IMG/VR virus record: IMGVR_UViG_3300027808_000015
From: a virus
Lineage: Duplodnaviria; Heunggongvirae; Uroviricota; Caudoviricetes
Length of the DNA stretch: 64,000 nt
Direction: 5' to 3' (one strand)
Below, one piece after another: positions 27,467 through 36,629 of the stretch. Within the stretch, counting starts at the first letter, position 1. Every line of letters begins with the position of its first letter. The position numbers and the translations under genes are program-made. The notes beneath the pieces are model-generated. The model did no database searches. It was not told the DNA's origin and saw nothing but the letters and a program-made list of their open reading frames with translations.

Positions 27467-28077
27467 AACAAGAACTAGATAAACTGTTGTGCGAGAAGTA
27501 TCCTAAGATGATGGTGAATCGCAACAAGGATATGAAAGAAACTTGTATGTGTTGGGGATTTGATTGTGGCGATGGTTGGTTTAATATTTTAGATCAGCTT
27601 ATGGGCAATATTCAACATCACATTGATTGGAAAATAAAGCAACGAGATGGGGCTATCAAATATAACGACATGGCCGCCCAGGCCAAGGCTGGTAACTTTG
27701 ATCTGTTTGAAGAAACTATGAAAGCCTTGCCCAATGACGAGTACAAAGAAAAACGTCTTGGTGAGATTGTTGTTGGAGACTTCCGAGAAGTACCTAACAC
27801 TATTCCGCAAGTGACCTTGGACCAAGTTAAAGAAAAGTTTGGTACACTACGTTTCTACTACTCAGGTGGAGACGATTATATCAGCGGTATGGTATCATTG
27901 GCAGAAAGCATGAGTGGAGTCACTTGCGAAGGCTGCGGGAACCCTGGTGAAAGTCGAGGTGGTGGATGGATTCATACTTACTGCACACCTTGCGAAGAAG
28001 CACGTGAACTAGCACGTAAAAAAATGGATGAAGAATACGAATTTAAAAAAATACTCAAAGAAGGAAACGAGCAATGA
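27463..28077 (+). CDS. hypothetical protein with C-terminal Cys cluster
   Basis: 204 aa. CEGCGNPGESRGGGWIHTYCTPCEEA suggests a zinc-binding element. Confidence 0.5.
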   Translation: MKQELDKLLCEKYPKMMVNRNKDMKETCMCWGFDCGDGWFNILDQLMGNIQHHIDWKIKQRDGAIKYNDMAAQAKAGNFDLFEETMKALPNDEYKEKRLGEIVVGDFREVPNTIPQVTLDQVKEKFGTLRFYYSGGDDYISGMVSLAESMSGVTCEGCGNPGESRGGGWIHTYCTPCEEARELARKKMDEEYEFKKILKEGNEQ

Positions 28078-28688
28078 TTACAATGAAAGAATGGATGGAA
28101 TTAGTCGACTATAAAATTACCGAAGGTAGTGAATATGGCTGGGGTTGTTACGGGCCTTATAGTTACACATTAGATTCGTGGAACGGTGTTCACGGCACTG
28201 GCGGTTATAGTTTTAGTATTACCTTTAGCACTAAGAGCCAAAAGGTTTATGAAGTCAGTATGTGTGATTATACCAATGATCGCGCTTACCGAATGATCAA
28301 TCCAAAGTTTCAAAAGAAACATGAAAAAGAAGCAGAATCCCGTAACGTTAATTTGAACGAAGCATGGGATGATGTTGACTATGTGGATTTGGATGTGGCG
28401 GATGACTTTATCCAAAAAGCACTGGCTATTCGAGCAGGTGAAAACTACGACACACGGGTTCAAGTTCCGGTTGACTTTTCGGACGAAGAACTGTTACAAT
28501 ACATGAAGTTGGCACACGAACGTGACATGACTTTCAACGAATTTGTTGAAGAAGCATTGCGTCATGCTATTAGCGAATACGAGAGTGGTCGTCTAACCAA
28601 AGAAGACGCACAGAGATTTATACTTGAAAGAGAAACGGCTTGGCCATTTGAGAAAGTAGAAAGCGATGAAGATCAAATTAGTCAGTGA
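28074..28688 (+). CDS. hypothetical protein
   Basis: 204-aa ORF, coupled. Confidence 0.5.
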   Translation: MITMKEWMELVDYKITEGSEYGWGCYGPYSYTLDSWNGVHGTGGYSFSITFSTKSQKVYEVSMCDYTNDRAYRMINPKFQKKHEKEAESRNVNLNEAWDDVDYVDLDVADDFIQKALAIRAGENYDTRVQVPVDFSDEELLQYMKLAHERDMTFNEFVEEALRHAISEYESGRLTKEDAQRFILERETAWPFEKVESDEDQISQ

Positions 28689-29526
28689 CCTCCACTTAGA
28701 GTTCAGTGATGTTAATATTGTTAACGATCAGGACTACGATGTTTTGATCCTTGGTGGTGATATTTGTATCGCCCAGGATCTGCACGACCATCCTGAGCCT
28801 GCCAATACTGCGGATCAGGCCGCTATTGCCAACGGCACTGGCTTGGGTCGTAGACAGTTGACAGCTCAACGTTTCAGAGATTTCTTCAAGCGTTGTAGTT
28901 TTCAGTTCCCACATGTTATCTACATCATGGGCAATCATGAATTCTACAACGGCAAGTTCTATGCTGGCATTGAATATATGCGTGAAGAGTGCGCCAAGTA
29001 CCCCAACGTGTACATGTTAGAGCAAGACACAAAGATTATTGATGATGTGGTGTTCGTGGGTGGAACACTTTGGACCAACATGAACAAGCGTGATCCACTT
29101 ACAATGCATGCCATTGAAGGTATGATGAACGACTTCCGTATCATTCGTAACGATGCTAGGAACTATGCCTGTATGAGTGCGTTGGATGTTGCTATTCGTC
29201 ACGACAAGACTCTTGCCTATATCGAGCATATTGTCCATGTACATAAGAATAAGAAATGTGTAGTAGTTGGACATCACAGTCCAAGTTTCCAAAGTGTGAA
29301 TCCAATGTATGCACATGAAACTTTGATGAATGGTGGATACCATAGTGACCTAAGTGAGTTCATTTTAGATCACCCACAGATTGTGCTATGGACACACGGA
29401 CACACGCATCATCCTTTTGATTATGTGATTGGTGAGACTAGAGTTGTATGTAACCCACGTGGTTATGAAAACGATGGTTACAGCGAAGACACTGGCTGGA
29501 ACCCTAACATTTTATTGGAGATTTAA
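28666..29526 (+). CDS. calcineurin-like metallophosphoesterase
   Basis: 286 aa. MKIKLVSDLHLEF (DxH), ILGGDI (GDxx), GNHEFY (GNHE), GHHSPS and GHTHHPFD (GHxH) are classic MPP motifs. Confidence 0.65.
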   Translation: MKIKLVSDLHLEFSDVNIVNDQDYDVLILGGDICIAQDLHDHPEPANTADQAAIANGTGLGRRQLTAQRFRDFFKRCSFQFPHVIYIMGNHEFYNGKFYAGIEYMREECAKYPNVYMLEQDTKIIDDVVFVGGTLWTNMNKRDPLTMHAIEGMMNDFRIIRNDARNYACMSALDVAIRHDKTLAYIEHIVHVHKNKKCVVVGHHSPSFQSVNPMYAHETLMNGGYHSDLSEFILDHPQIVLWTHGHTHHPFDYVIGETRVVCNPRGYENDGYSEDTGWNPNILLEI

Positions 29527-29697
29527 ATGACAGAAGAAATAAAAGTAACCGTATCAGAGATGCTAAGAACAACTGGCATGAATACTGCCGAGTTCATGAA
29601 ACAGGTTGCAGACCATATTGAAAAACTGGAACAACGTATTTTTGAATTGGACAAGCGACTTACTGAGGCCGAAAGCAAACAAAATGAATCTAAATGA
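29527..29697 (+). CDS. small coiled-coil protein (putative)
   Basis: 56-aa ORF starting at the ATGA overlap with the upstream stop. Not in the track because it is shorter than 60 aa. Confidence 0.3.
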   Translation: MTEEIKVTVSEMLRTTGMNTAEFMKQVADHIEKLEQRIFELDKRLTEAESKQNESK

Positions 29698-30001
29698 AAA
29701 AGAACTAAAGCTATTCAAAAAATGGCTTAAGAGTCATTTAGCTTTCGGCCCAGTTACTGTCACCTTTACTAAAAAGGACGGAACCGAACGAGTAATGGAG
29801 TGTACAACTGCTCCGTCACTTGTTCCGGTTGACATAACTGAAGAAGTACACTATACTAACACAAATGATCCAATAGACTTTCCAAAACCTAAAAAGGAAA
29901 AGAAAGCCAATGAGGACGTTATGCCAGTGTATGATTTGGAATCAAACCACTGGAAATCTTTCCGATGGGATAGTATTAAACAGGTAACATTAACTTTATG
30001 A
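29606..30001 (+). CDS. hypothetical protein
   Basis: 131-aa track ORF. An in-frame ATG at about 29684 (MNLNEKELK...) is an alternative start that avoids overlap with the small upstream ORF. Confidence 0.45.
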   Translation: MQTILKNWNNVFLNWTSDLLRPKANKMNLNEKELKLFKKWLKSHLAFGPVTVTFTKKDGTERVMECTTAPSLVPVDITEEVHYTNTNDPIDFPKPKKEKKANEDVMPVYDLESNHWKSFRWDSIKQVTLTL

Positions 30002-30438
30002 AAATTGGACTAAGTTATAGTCGTTGTGTGCGAGATATTGTAGACGGCAAAGTAGATATTGATGATGTCTTGGTGCTGATCACTCGTACAGATTTTGATC
30101 CTCGTGATGCTGACCAGTGGTCAGGCATTTGGATTGGCTACGGTGGTGGTACTGAAAATGCCTACAGCCGTGGATTCTTTAGTCAGAGCAATCCTGAATG
30201 GGCTGGCTACGCAGACGAAGATCAATTTCGCAGTGTCAGTATTGAACTTTGGGAAAGAGGTCTACTACATCAGCCACGTAAGTTTGGCGCACACCCTACT
30301 CGCCGCCCAGAAATTTGGTTAGAAGCAGTTTTACCAAATAGTGAACTATTGGCTAATCCAGCCGCAAAAGCCGCTTGGGACAAGTTCCAAACTATCGCAA
30401 GTCTTACTAACGTAAAATTAGATGAAAGCTACAAGTGA
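29998..30438 (+). CDS. hypothetical protein
   Basis: 146-aa ORF, coupled. Confidence 0.5.
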   Translation: MKIGLSYSRCVRDIVDGKVDIDDVLVLITRTDFDPRDADQWSGIWIGYGGGTENAYSRGFFSQSNPEWAGYADEDQFRSVSIELWERGLLHQPRKFGAHPTRRPEIWLEAVLPNSELLANPAAKAAWDKFQTIASLTNVKLDESYK

Positions 30439-30965
30439 AATACTTTTTAGCATTGTTGCTAACTGTGAGCCAAATGGCTGTTGCCGGTCAATGTGTTATT
30501 CGGCAAGTTGGCCAAATGACTAGTGATCGAAAGGTTGGGGCGGTCACTGATTTAGTTAAAAGCAAAAATCCAAATAGTTGCAATGTTAAATTTCGTATTG
30601 CTGTAGACGGTGAATTTCATACAATTGATTGGACCCAGACAGGCCTGTACCAAGAAGAAATTCTTTGCCGAATGGCTATTGAACATGGTACTAGAGAATT
30701 AATGGCACGATTGCCCGGAAATTTTAAATCCGAAAGTATAACTGTTTGTGGAGATCCACAAACCCCAAAACGGGTTAGCAAGGGCGATGAGGGAATGGAA
30801 AATGAGTTTGGCAAGGACCGACAATACCAGAATTACTTCAAAGTTGGAAAAGTGTCCAATTGTAGAAAGTTCCAAAATCGTTACATAGATGGCAAGACGT
30901 TACGTGCAGAAGGAGTCATTTGCGAAAACAAAGATCAACTTTGGACAGTTATAGACGTATTCTGA
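30435..30965 (+). CDS. secreted Cys-containing protein
   Basis: 176 aa. N-terminal signal-peptide-like MKYFLALLLTVSQMAVAGQC, with several Cys in the mature part. Confidence 0.5.
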   Translation: MKYFLALLLTVSQMAVAGQCVIRQVGQMTSDRKVGAVTDLVKSKNPNSCNVKFRIAVDGEFHTIDWTQTGLYQEEILCRMAIEHGTRELMARLPGNFKSESITVCGDPQTPKRVSKGDEGMENEFGKDRQYQNYFKVGKVSNCRKFQNRYIDGKTLRAEGVICENKDQLWTVIDVF

Positions 30966-30966
30966 C

Positions 30967-30995
30967 TTGACTTTATTTCGTAACGGTTGTATAAT
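30967..30995 (+). promoter_or_regulatory. sigma-70-type consensus promoter
   Basis: TTGACT, 17 nt, TATAAT immediately downstream of the 30435 gene. Drives the small-membrane-protein, entericidin and lipoprotein genes. Confidence 0.55.
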
Positions 30996-31030
30996 ATACA
31001 CATGTTCAACAAACATAGAAGGCAAACATT

Positions 31031-31159
31031 ATGAAGGCATTTATTTTAGGCACAGTTTTTGGATTGGTACTAGCAACTGTTGGATTTTCCGGCATTGCTC
31101 GTATGCTTGATAGAGGCGTAGACACAGTTAAAACACACAGTCAGGAGATGGCAAAATGA
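31031..31159 (+). CDS. small hydrophobic membrane protein
   Basis: 42 aa (MKAFILGTVFGLVLATVGFSGIARMLDRGVDTVKTHSQEMAK). ATGA-coupled to the next gene. Not in the track. Confidence 0.4.
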   Translation: MKAFILGTVFGLVLATVGFSGIARMLDRGVDTVKTHSQEMAK

Positions 31160-31281
31160 AGATTTTTATAGCACTAATTTTGGCTAGTACGCTAGCCGCA
31201 TGTTCGACCGTAGCAGGCATAGGCAAAGACATTTCGTCTGGTGCCGAATGGTCTAAGGAAAAGATAGGAAAAACACTATGA
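31156..31281 (+). CDS. entericidin-like small lipoprotein (EcnA/EcnB family)
   Basis: 41 aa (MKIFIALILASTLAACSTVAGIGKDISSGAEWSKEKIGKTL). Signal peptide plus lipobox LAAC. Mature CSTVAGIGKDISSG matches the entericidin core (C-N-T-V/A-x-G-x-G-K/E-D-I/V). Not in the track. Confidence 0.55.
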   Translation: MKIFIALILASTLAACSTVAGIGKDISSGAEWSKEKIGKTL

Positions 31282-31838
31282 AAAAGACTCTATTGCTAGT
31301 ACCGATTGTTGCTATGTTAGCGGCTTGTGGTACAACTGACCCATATGGGAAACGTGCTGATATGGAACGTGAACGACAAGTTTCTACTCAAGAGCGCATT
31401 CTTGATAAAACACCTGATTGGTTTAATAAACTTCCGGCTAGTAATTCGGCAGTTTACGAAGCAGGCTTTGGTAGTTCATTTAACATGTCAGACGCAGATG
31501 CTTATGCAAAGAATGATGCATATGGCAAGTTGTGTATGACTGCTGGCGGCAAGACTGCTCAACAAACAAAAACATATTCGTCAGAAGGCGAAAATAGTAG
31601 AACTCAAATCAACGAACGTACTACTAAAAGCTTCTGCCCTAATGTAGATTTAACCGGAGTTGAGCAAAGCCAAATTAAACGTATTATTACACCTAACGGT
31701 AAAATTAATACTTACATACTTGTAGCGTTGCCTACCGGAGATGCAAACATTTTACGCAAAGCTAAAGAAGCTCATGCCGAACGTGAAATTGCAATGAAAC
31801 GTGCTCCTGAAGCATTTAAAGAATTGGAGAGAAATTAA
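31278..31838 (+). CDS. lipoprotein
   Basis: 186 aa. MKKTLLLVPIVAMLAACGTT (signal peptide plus lipobox). The track ORF 31327..31539 is in a different frame and spurious. Confidence 0.6.
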   Translation: MKKTLLLVPIVAMLAACGTTDPYGKRADMERERQVSTQERILDKTPDWFNKLPASNSAVYEAGFGSSFNMSDADAYAKNDAYGKLCMTAGGKTAQQTKTYSSEGENSRTQINERTTKSFCPNVDLTGVEQSQIKRIITPNGKINTYILVALPTGDANILRKAKEAHAEREIAMKRAPEAFKELERN

Positions 31839-32260
31839 TGATTAAAGAATTTATGAATATTGTCGAAACTATAGAGCTGTCTGAAAATGCTATACGTGAG
31901 TTCGCTACTGCGGCACATGAAGAATGGCGACAAAACTTTGACCCAACTGGAACTAAATCGCGCATTAAGAAAAACAGCGATGGCACTGAGGGTGATATTA
32001 ATGTGCCATTTAATGAACTACATCCAGATTGGCAGGCAGAAAATCTAGCCGCTGGTTTGGCCGCAGAACATGCTGTTAAGAAATTTCCAGGTGATATTGA
32101 AAAAGCCGCAGAATATATTCACATAGAGTGGATGAAACGTAATCCCAAGGCTGACTACAATGCGGCACAACATGTCTCTTATGACCAGTTGCCAGAAGAC
32201 GAAAAAGAAAAAGATCGTGTACATGCTCGTACAATGATAAACTTGCTGGGATCAAAATGA
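31838..32260 (+). CDS. hypothetical protein
   Basis: 140-aa ORF, ATGA-coupled. Confidence 0.5.
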   Translation: MIKEFMNIVETIELSENAIREFATAAHEEWRQNFDPTGTKSRIKKNSDGTEGDINVPFNELHPDWQAENLAAGLAAEHAVKKFPGDIEKAAEYIHIEWMKRNPKADYNAAQHVSYDQLPEDEKEKDRVHARTMINLLGSK

Positions 32261-32433
32261 TCCGTCTTTGGTTAGCATTTGCCATACTTGTTGTCCTAAT
32301 ACATTTAGGTATCACTGCCTGGAGAAAGATGGAAGGCAAGGAGCGATGGACATTGACAAAATCCATTGCATATAGTATACTTGTCTCATTACTGGCTGTT
32401 CTAGCAATGACAGTAATTGTAATTTTATTCTAA
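32257..32433 (+). CDS. small two-TM membrane protein
   Basis: 58 aa (MIRLWLAFAILVVLIHLGITAWRKMEGKERWTLTKSIAYSILVSLLAVLAMTVIVILF). Not in the track. Confidence 0.4.
   Translation: MIRLWLAFAILVVLIHLGITAWRKMEGKERWTLTKSIAYSILVSLLAVLAMTVIVILF
32354..32382 (+). promoter_or_regulatory. sigma-70-type promoter (inside the small membrane ORF) upstream of the SPFH gene
   Basis: TTGACA, 17 nt, TATACT. Confidence 0.4.
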
Positions 32434-32442
32434 GGAAACATA

Positions 32443-33243
32443 ATGAAACGTATTTTGACTCTTTCCGTTCTTGCCGCGGCTGTGCTGGCAACAGGTTGTA
32501 CTCGTATCGAAACTGGTGAAGTTGGTGTGCGAGTTGGTTTTGATAAACAGGTGCAAAGTGGTGAACTACTTCCCGGTTCTTTTAATCAAAGTATTATTGG
32601 TGAAGTACTCACATTCCCTATCAAGGATGTGAACGTGGTACTGGAGAATATGACCCCAGTGGCCAAAGACAACTCAACCATGAAAGACTTTGATGCTGTG
32701 GTTGTCTACAACATCAACCCTGGCCAGGTATCTGAACTGTATGCAACCAAGAACAGGAGCTTCCATGCTGAGTTCAAAGGTGATACCTATGTGATGTACA
32801 ACTACATTGTGCAGAATGCTCGTAACGCTATCTACAAGGCCGCTCGCAAGTACGAGGCCCTGGACATGGCAGATGCTCGTAGCGACATGGAAACCTTTAT
32901 CAAGGAAGAAATTGTTCGCAACCTTGCCGAAGAAAAGTTGGACGGCAGTATCAGTATTAGTCAAGTGCTGATCCGTAATATTGTACCAGCTGACTCAGTG
33001 GTAGCAAGTGCTAACGAATTGGTCAAGGCCAAGAACGAGTTCAAGACTGAAGAAGTCAAAGTGGCCACTGCTCGCAAGCGTAATGAATCAATGCAGGCCA
33101 ACCCAATGGCAATTCCCTTGTTGCGAGCTGAAGCTGAAGCTGAAGCCATGCGCAAGTTGCCAGATGCTATTGCCAACTTCAAAGGTCAGACCTTGGTCAT
33201 CAACGGAGTAGTAACACCTACTGTACAAACTAACGCAAAATAA
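32443..33243 (+). CDS. SPFH/band-7 domain lipoprotein (HflK/C- or QmcA-like)
   Basis: 266 aa. MKRILTLSVLAAAVLATGC (lipobox), then RIETGEVGVRVGFDKQV...TFPIKDVNVVLENMTPVAKDNSTMKDFDAVVVYNI and a coiled-coil/Ala-Glu-rich tail (LLRAEAEAEAMRKL), typical of SPFH proteins. Confidence 0.5.
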   Translation: MKRILTLSVLAAAVLATGCTRIETGEVGVRVGFDKQVQSGELLPGSFNQSIIGEVLTFPIKDVNVVLENMTPVAKDNSTMKDFDAVVVYNINPGQVSELYATKNRSFHAEFKGDTYVMYNYIVQNARNAIYKAARKYEALDMADARSDMETFIKEEIVRNLAEEKLDGSISISQVLIRNIVPADSVVASANELVKAKNEFKTEEVKVATARKRNESMQANPMAIPLLRAEAEAEAMRKLPDAIANFKGQTLVINGVVTPTVQTNAK

Positions 33244-33253
33244 GGAGAAGATT

Positions 33254-33949
33254 ATGTTTGGTGCAAATTATACAAATGGCGGTGTTTTAAATTACCGCTC
33301 AGCAGAAGAAATTAATTCGGCTATGGGTCGAGTTTACGGACACATGGGTTTGGCAGTGGTTGTGTCAATGTTGGTCAGTTACTTTGTGGGAACTAGTCCA
33401 GAGTTGCTACAATTCTTTTTCACAGGTGTGCTAAAGTGGATTGTGATCTTTGCTCCACTAGCGGCCATTTTTGGTGTCAGCTATGTGCTAGGCAACAATC
33501 CCAGCAAAGGTGTAGCGCAGTTATGCTTGCATGGTTTTGCGGCACTCATGGGCTTGAGCTTTTCTATGATCTTTGCTGTGTTCAACATGGGTTCAATTGT
33601 TAGTGCATTCATGGGTGCGGCAATCTTGTTTGGTGTCATGAGCGGCTACGGTTACTTTACCAAGAAGGATCTAAGCTCAATGGGACAGATGATGTTTGTG
33701 GGCTTGATTGCTATTGTGATTGCTAGCATTGTAAACATCTTTATTGGCTCAACTGTAATGCAGATGGTTATCAGTGCCCTAGCAATTATTATCTTCCTGG
33801 GACTAACAGCATACGACACACAACGTATTCGTGAAGAAGTCAGTGTTGACACTAGCCCAGCTGTGGAAGTAACCGGCGCATTGACTCTATACATGGACTT
33901 TATTAACTTGTTCTTAAACTTGCTACAGTTGTTTGGCGAAAGAAAATAA
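33254..33949 (+). CDS. BI-1/YccA (TMBIM) family membrane protein, FtsH-modulator-like
   Basis: 231 aa, 7 predicted TM segments. C-terminal GALTLYMDFINLFLNLLQLFG matches the Bax-inhibitor-1/YccA signature. Confidence 0.65.
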   Translation: MFGANYTNGGVLNYRSAEEINSAMGRVYGHMGLAVVVSMLVSYFVGTSPELLQFFFTGVLKWIVIFAPLAAIFGVSYVLGNNPSKGVAQLCLHGFAALMGLSFSMIFAVFNMGSIVSAFMGAAILFGVMSGYGYFTKKDLSSMGQMMFVGLIAIVIASIVNIFIGSTVMQMVISALAIIIFLGLTAYDTQRIREEVSVDTSPAVEVTGALTLYMDFINLFLNLLQLFGERK

Positions 33950-33950
33950 A

Positions 33951-34091
33951 ATGGACGATCCACGCTGTTGCGGCTCTGGCGCTTGTATTATCAACGATGA
34001 AGGCGAGTGTTGGTGCGGACAGCGTTGGGACGGTACAAAGATGTGCTTTCCCGTTTTAGAAACTGAAAAGAAAGAGGACGATGATGTTTGA
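33951..34091 (+). CDS. small Cys-rich peptide
   Basis: 46 aa (MDDPRCCGSGACIINDEGECWCGQRWDGTKMCFPVLETEKKEDDDV) with 6 Cys. Starts 2 nt after the YccA stop. Not in the track. Confidence 0.4.
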   Translation: MDDPRCCGSGACIINDEGECWCGQRWDGTKMCFPVLETEKKEDDDV

Positions 34092-34335
34092 TTGGTTTAA
34101 AAAGAGAGAATATACTAACGTGATTAAATTTCCAGAACAGATAAAAGATCCGATACCGTATATTGAGCCTCCTAAGAAGGAACAAGAATATTACAGTATT
34201 GGAGTTACTAGCGAAAATCGCATAACTTTTAAAACTGGTATATCAACGCTAACTATGAATCGAGAAGGTGTTGAAAATTTGATTCAACAGTTAGCAGTGT
34301 TCCGTGATCAAATTAAAGAAGAACAAGATGTTTAG
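34081..34335 (+). CDS. hypothetical protein
   Basis: 84-aa ORF. Confidence 0.4.
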   Translation: MMFDWFKKREYTNVIKFPEQIKDPIPYIEPPKKEQEYYSIGVTSENRITFKTGISTLTMNREGVENLIQQLAVFRDQIKEEQDV

Positions 34336-34708
34336 TGTACTCAAATTCATTTGGCTGATAAGCCGTTCCTCGTGGGACATCATGAACCCCAATCTAAATC
34401 CTTTACGCCATGCACCTGTGTATGTCAAATACTTTCTCAGCATCCTGCTGGGATGTTTTTGGAGTCTGGCATTTGGTCTTTACATCGGCGAATTGCTCAC
34501 TATTGGTTACAACATGTTGGGTCATATTGCCATCATCAGCATGGTGTTTGCCACCTGGAGTGTGTTTCGTTCAGTGGAAAACACCTATAAGCCACGCACA
34601 GGTGTGAACTGGTTACGAGCTCCTGATCACTCCAGTCGTTGTGATGAGTTGACTGAAGATCAGCGGCTGGCCGGTGTGACTCGTGCTGATCAAATGCTGA
34701 GTCGTTAA
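34304..34708 (+). CDS. membrane protein
   Basis: 134 aa with several hydrophobic helices (FWSLAFGLYIGELLTIGYNMLGHIAIISMVFATWSVF). The nested track ORFs 34351 and 34410 are alternative-frame artefacts. Confidence 0.5.
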   Translation: MIKLKKNKMFSVLKFIWLISRSSWDIMNPNLNPLRHAPVYVKYFLSILLGCFWSLAFGLYIGELLTIGYNMLGHIAIISMVFATWSVFRSVENTYKPRTGVNWLRAPDHSSRCDELTEDQRLAGVTRADQMLSR

Positions 34709-34711
34709 ACA

Positions 34712-34807
34712 ATGAATTTCTTTTGGGGATTCCTATTAGGGTATATTGTGGGAGTGCTGTACATGGCATATCGTTCTAACATAGATTCAAGGACAACTAC
34801 AGAATGA
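34712..34807 (+). CDS. small single-TM protein
   Basis: 31 aa ([31 protein letters not shown]). ATGA-coupled to the next gene. Confidence 0.3.
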   Translation: MNFFWGFLLGYIVGVLYMAYRSNIDSRTTTE

Positions 34808-35220
34808 AATTCTTTGAACCTTTACGTGATGATCTAATGGTACAGCAACAGATCGCAAACAGTTGGGAACACATGGTCGGTGTTATTATGCTGAATCAAA
34901 CTGGTCGTAAACCAGTTAAGATGACATTACCAGAATTCCTCTATTGGTTCCCAAATCCCCAAGCGTTACTACAGGCCGACGAAGATTTTGTCAAAACCAT
35001 ACTGGCACCGTTAGGCATGCTTAATGTACGCTACACTAGACTAATCCGTATGAGCAAGGATTACTTGACCTGGGATGGCGATGATGCTACAATGTTGTAT
35101 GGCATTGGAAAGTATGGTAGCGATAGTTACGAAATATTTTTCAAACAGAACTATTCTGTAGAACCCACAGACAAAGAATTAAAACGATATTTACAAGAGG
35201 AAATAGAATGCCCAATTTAG
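34804..35220 (+). CDS. hypothetical protein
   Basis: 138-aa ORF, coupled to clpP. Confidence 0.5.
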   Translation: MKFFEPLRDDLMVQQQIANSWEHMVGVIMLNQTGRKPVKMTLPEFLYWFPNPQALLQADEDFVKTILAPLGMLNVRYTRLIRMSKDYLTWDGDDATMLYGIGKYGSDSYEIFFKQNYSVEPTDKELKRYLQEEIECPI

Positions 35221-35828
35221 TACCAATGGTCATCGAGACCGAAGCAAGGGGCGAACGTGCCTATGACATTTACAGTCGCTTGCTCAAAGACCGTGTTGTA
35301 ATGTTAGACACGGATGTTAACGAGCATACATCGAGCTTGCTGGTTGCTCAGTTGCTCTTTTTAGAGAGTCAAGGAAATGAAGACATTACTTTCTTTATCA
35401 ATAGCCCTGGTGGGTCCGTTACTGCTGGCCTTGCTATTTACGATACCATGCAGTTTATTAAACCCAACGTCGCCACTTACGTTATGGGACAGGCTTGCAG
35501 TATGGGGTCCTTCCTTGCTCAAGCCGGACACCCGGGTAAACGGTTCGTGCTACCCGAAGCACGTACAATGATCCATCGTGTTAGTTCTGGTACTCCGGGA
35601 ACACGTGGTACTGTACACGTACAGGAATTAGAGTTTGAGGACGCAAAGCGTAGTTTTGAAGAGTCCAAACGTATCAACGAACGCTTAACTGAACTGTATG
35701 TCAAGCATAATACCGCTGGAAAAACGTATGCTCAGCTGTACGAAGCTATGAAATTTGATACGTTTTTGAGCGCAAAAGAAGCAGTGGAATACGGATTGGC
35801 TGACAAAGTCATTGATAAACGCCCGTAA
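35208..35828 (+). CDS. clpP: ATP-dependent Clp protease proteolytic subunit
   Basis: 206 aa. The N-terminal region ([46 protein letters not shown]) carries the catalytic Ser in [16 protein letters not shown] carries the catalytic His and [12 protein letters not shown] is a ClpP core block. Confidence 0.85.
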   Translation: MPNLVPMVIETEARGERAYDIYSRLLKDRVVMLDTDVNEHTSSLLVAQLLFLESQGNEDITFFINSPGGSVTAGLAIYDTMQFIKPNVATYVMGQACSMGSFLAQAGHPGKRFVLPEARTMIHRVSSGTPGTRGTVHVQELEFEDAKRSFEESKRINERLTELYVKHNTAGKTYAQLYEAMKFDTFLSAKEAVEYGLADKVIDKRP

Positions 35829-35843
35829 AACACGGGTTTTTTA
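35823..35843 (+). terminator. rho-independent terminator after clpP
   Basis: CCCGT-AAAAC-ACGGG hairpin followed by TTTTTT. Confidence 0.6.
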
Positions 35844-35886
35844 AAAAGCCGTAGTACACTATAAATACTAAAGTTAGGAGTGTGCC

Positions 35887-36615
35887 ATGGCCCGTCAAGC
35901 CTTTAATTGGTCTGCGTTAGATCGAAATACATTGTACTCTATGATTTATCAGCTAAAATCAGAAGTAGTTGATAAAAGGCTACCTATAGGCGAAATTACC
36001 AGCATTATAAGTAAACACGTCAAAGCACATTTACCAATTAAAATTCGTAGTTACAGACACAAGCCTGTTAAACCAGGCGAAGTCTGGGTTGGCGGCGCTT
36101 ACTACAGTGATTACGATAGCCAAGGAAAGAAGCGATTTATTGAAATTGAATTAGCATTTCCAACCACTGCCAACACAATGAAGACTAGTTCATATCGGTG
36201 GGACCGTATGTGTACGTTATTTGCTGATACAATACTACACGAAATCATACACTGTAGACAATATCGAGCTCGTAACTTTAAAGATATTCCTGGATATGAA
36301 AGCACTGCCTACTATGCTAAAGATCGCGCATGGCAAGAATATTATGGACATCGAGACGAAATGGGGGCCCACTCATTTAATCTTGCACAGGACATGATTG
36401 ACAAGTTTGGATTTGACCCAAAAGCAATACGCGAATACTTAGACGGCCCAGTTCCAAAAAGAGTTCGCCCAAATGGTTGGGGACGTTTTATGAAGTCTTT
36501 TGAGTATGATCATGATCATCCAAAAGTTTACCAGATGAAACATAAAATTCTAACCCAACTAGAAAACGCCTACAACGGCAAACCATTTAAGACAACAAAC
36601 CACTTGACATACTGA
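35887..36615 (+). CDS. hypothetical protein with HExxH motif (possible SprT-like Zn-metallopeptidase)
   Basis: 242 aa. ADTILHEIIHCRQY. Confidence 0.3.
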   Translation: MARQAFNWSALDRNTLYSMIYQLKSEVVDKRLPIGEITSIISKHVKAHLPIKIRSYRHKPVKPGEVWVGGAYYSDYDSQGKKRFIEIELAFPTTANTMKTSSYRWDRMCTLFADTILHEIIHCRQYRARNFKDIPGYESTAYYAKDRAWQEYYGHRDEMGAHSFNLAQDMIDKFGFDPKAIREYLDGPVPKRVRPNGWGRFMKSFEYDHDHPKVYQMKHKILTQLENAYNGKPFKTTNHLTY

Positions 36616-36629
36616 TATATAAGTCAGTT

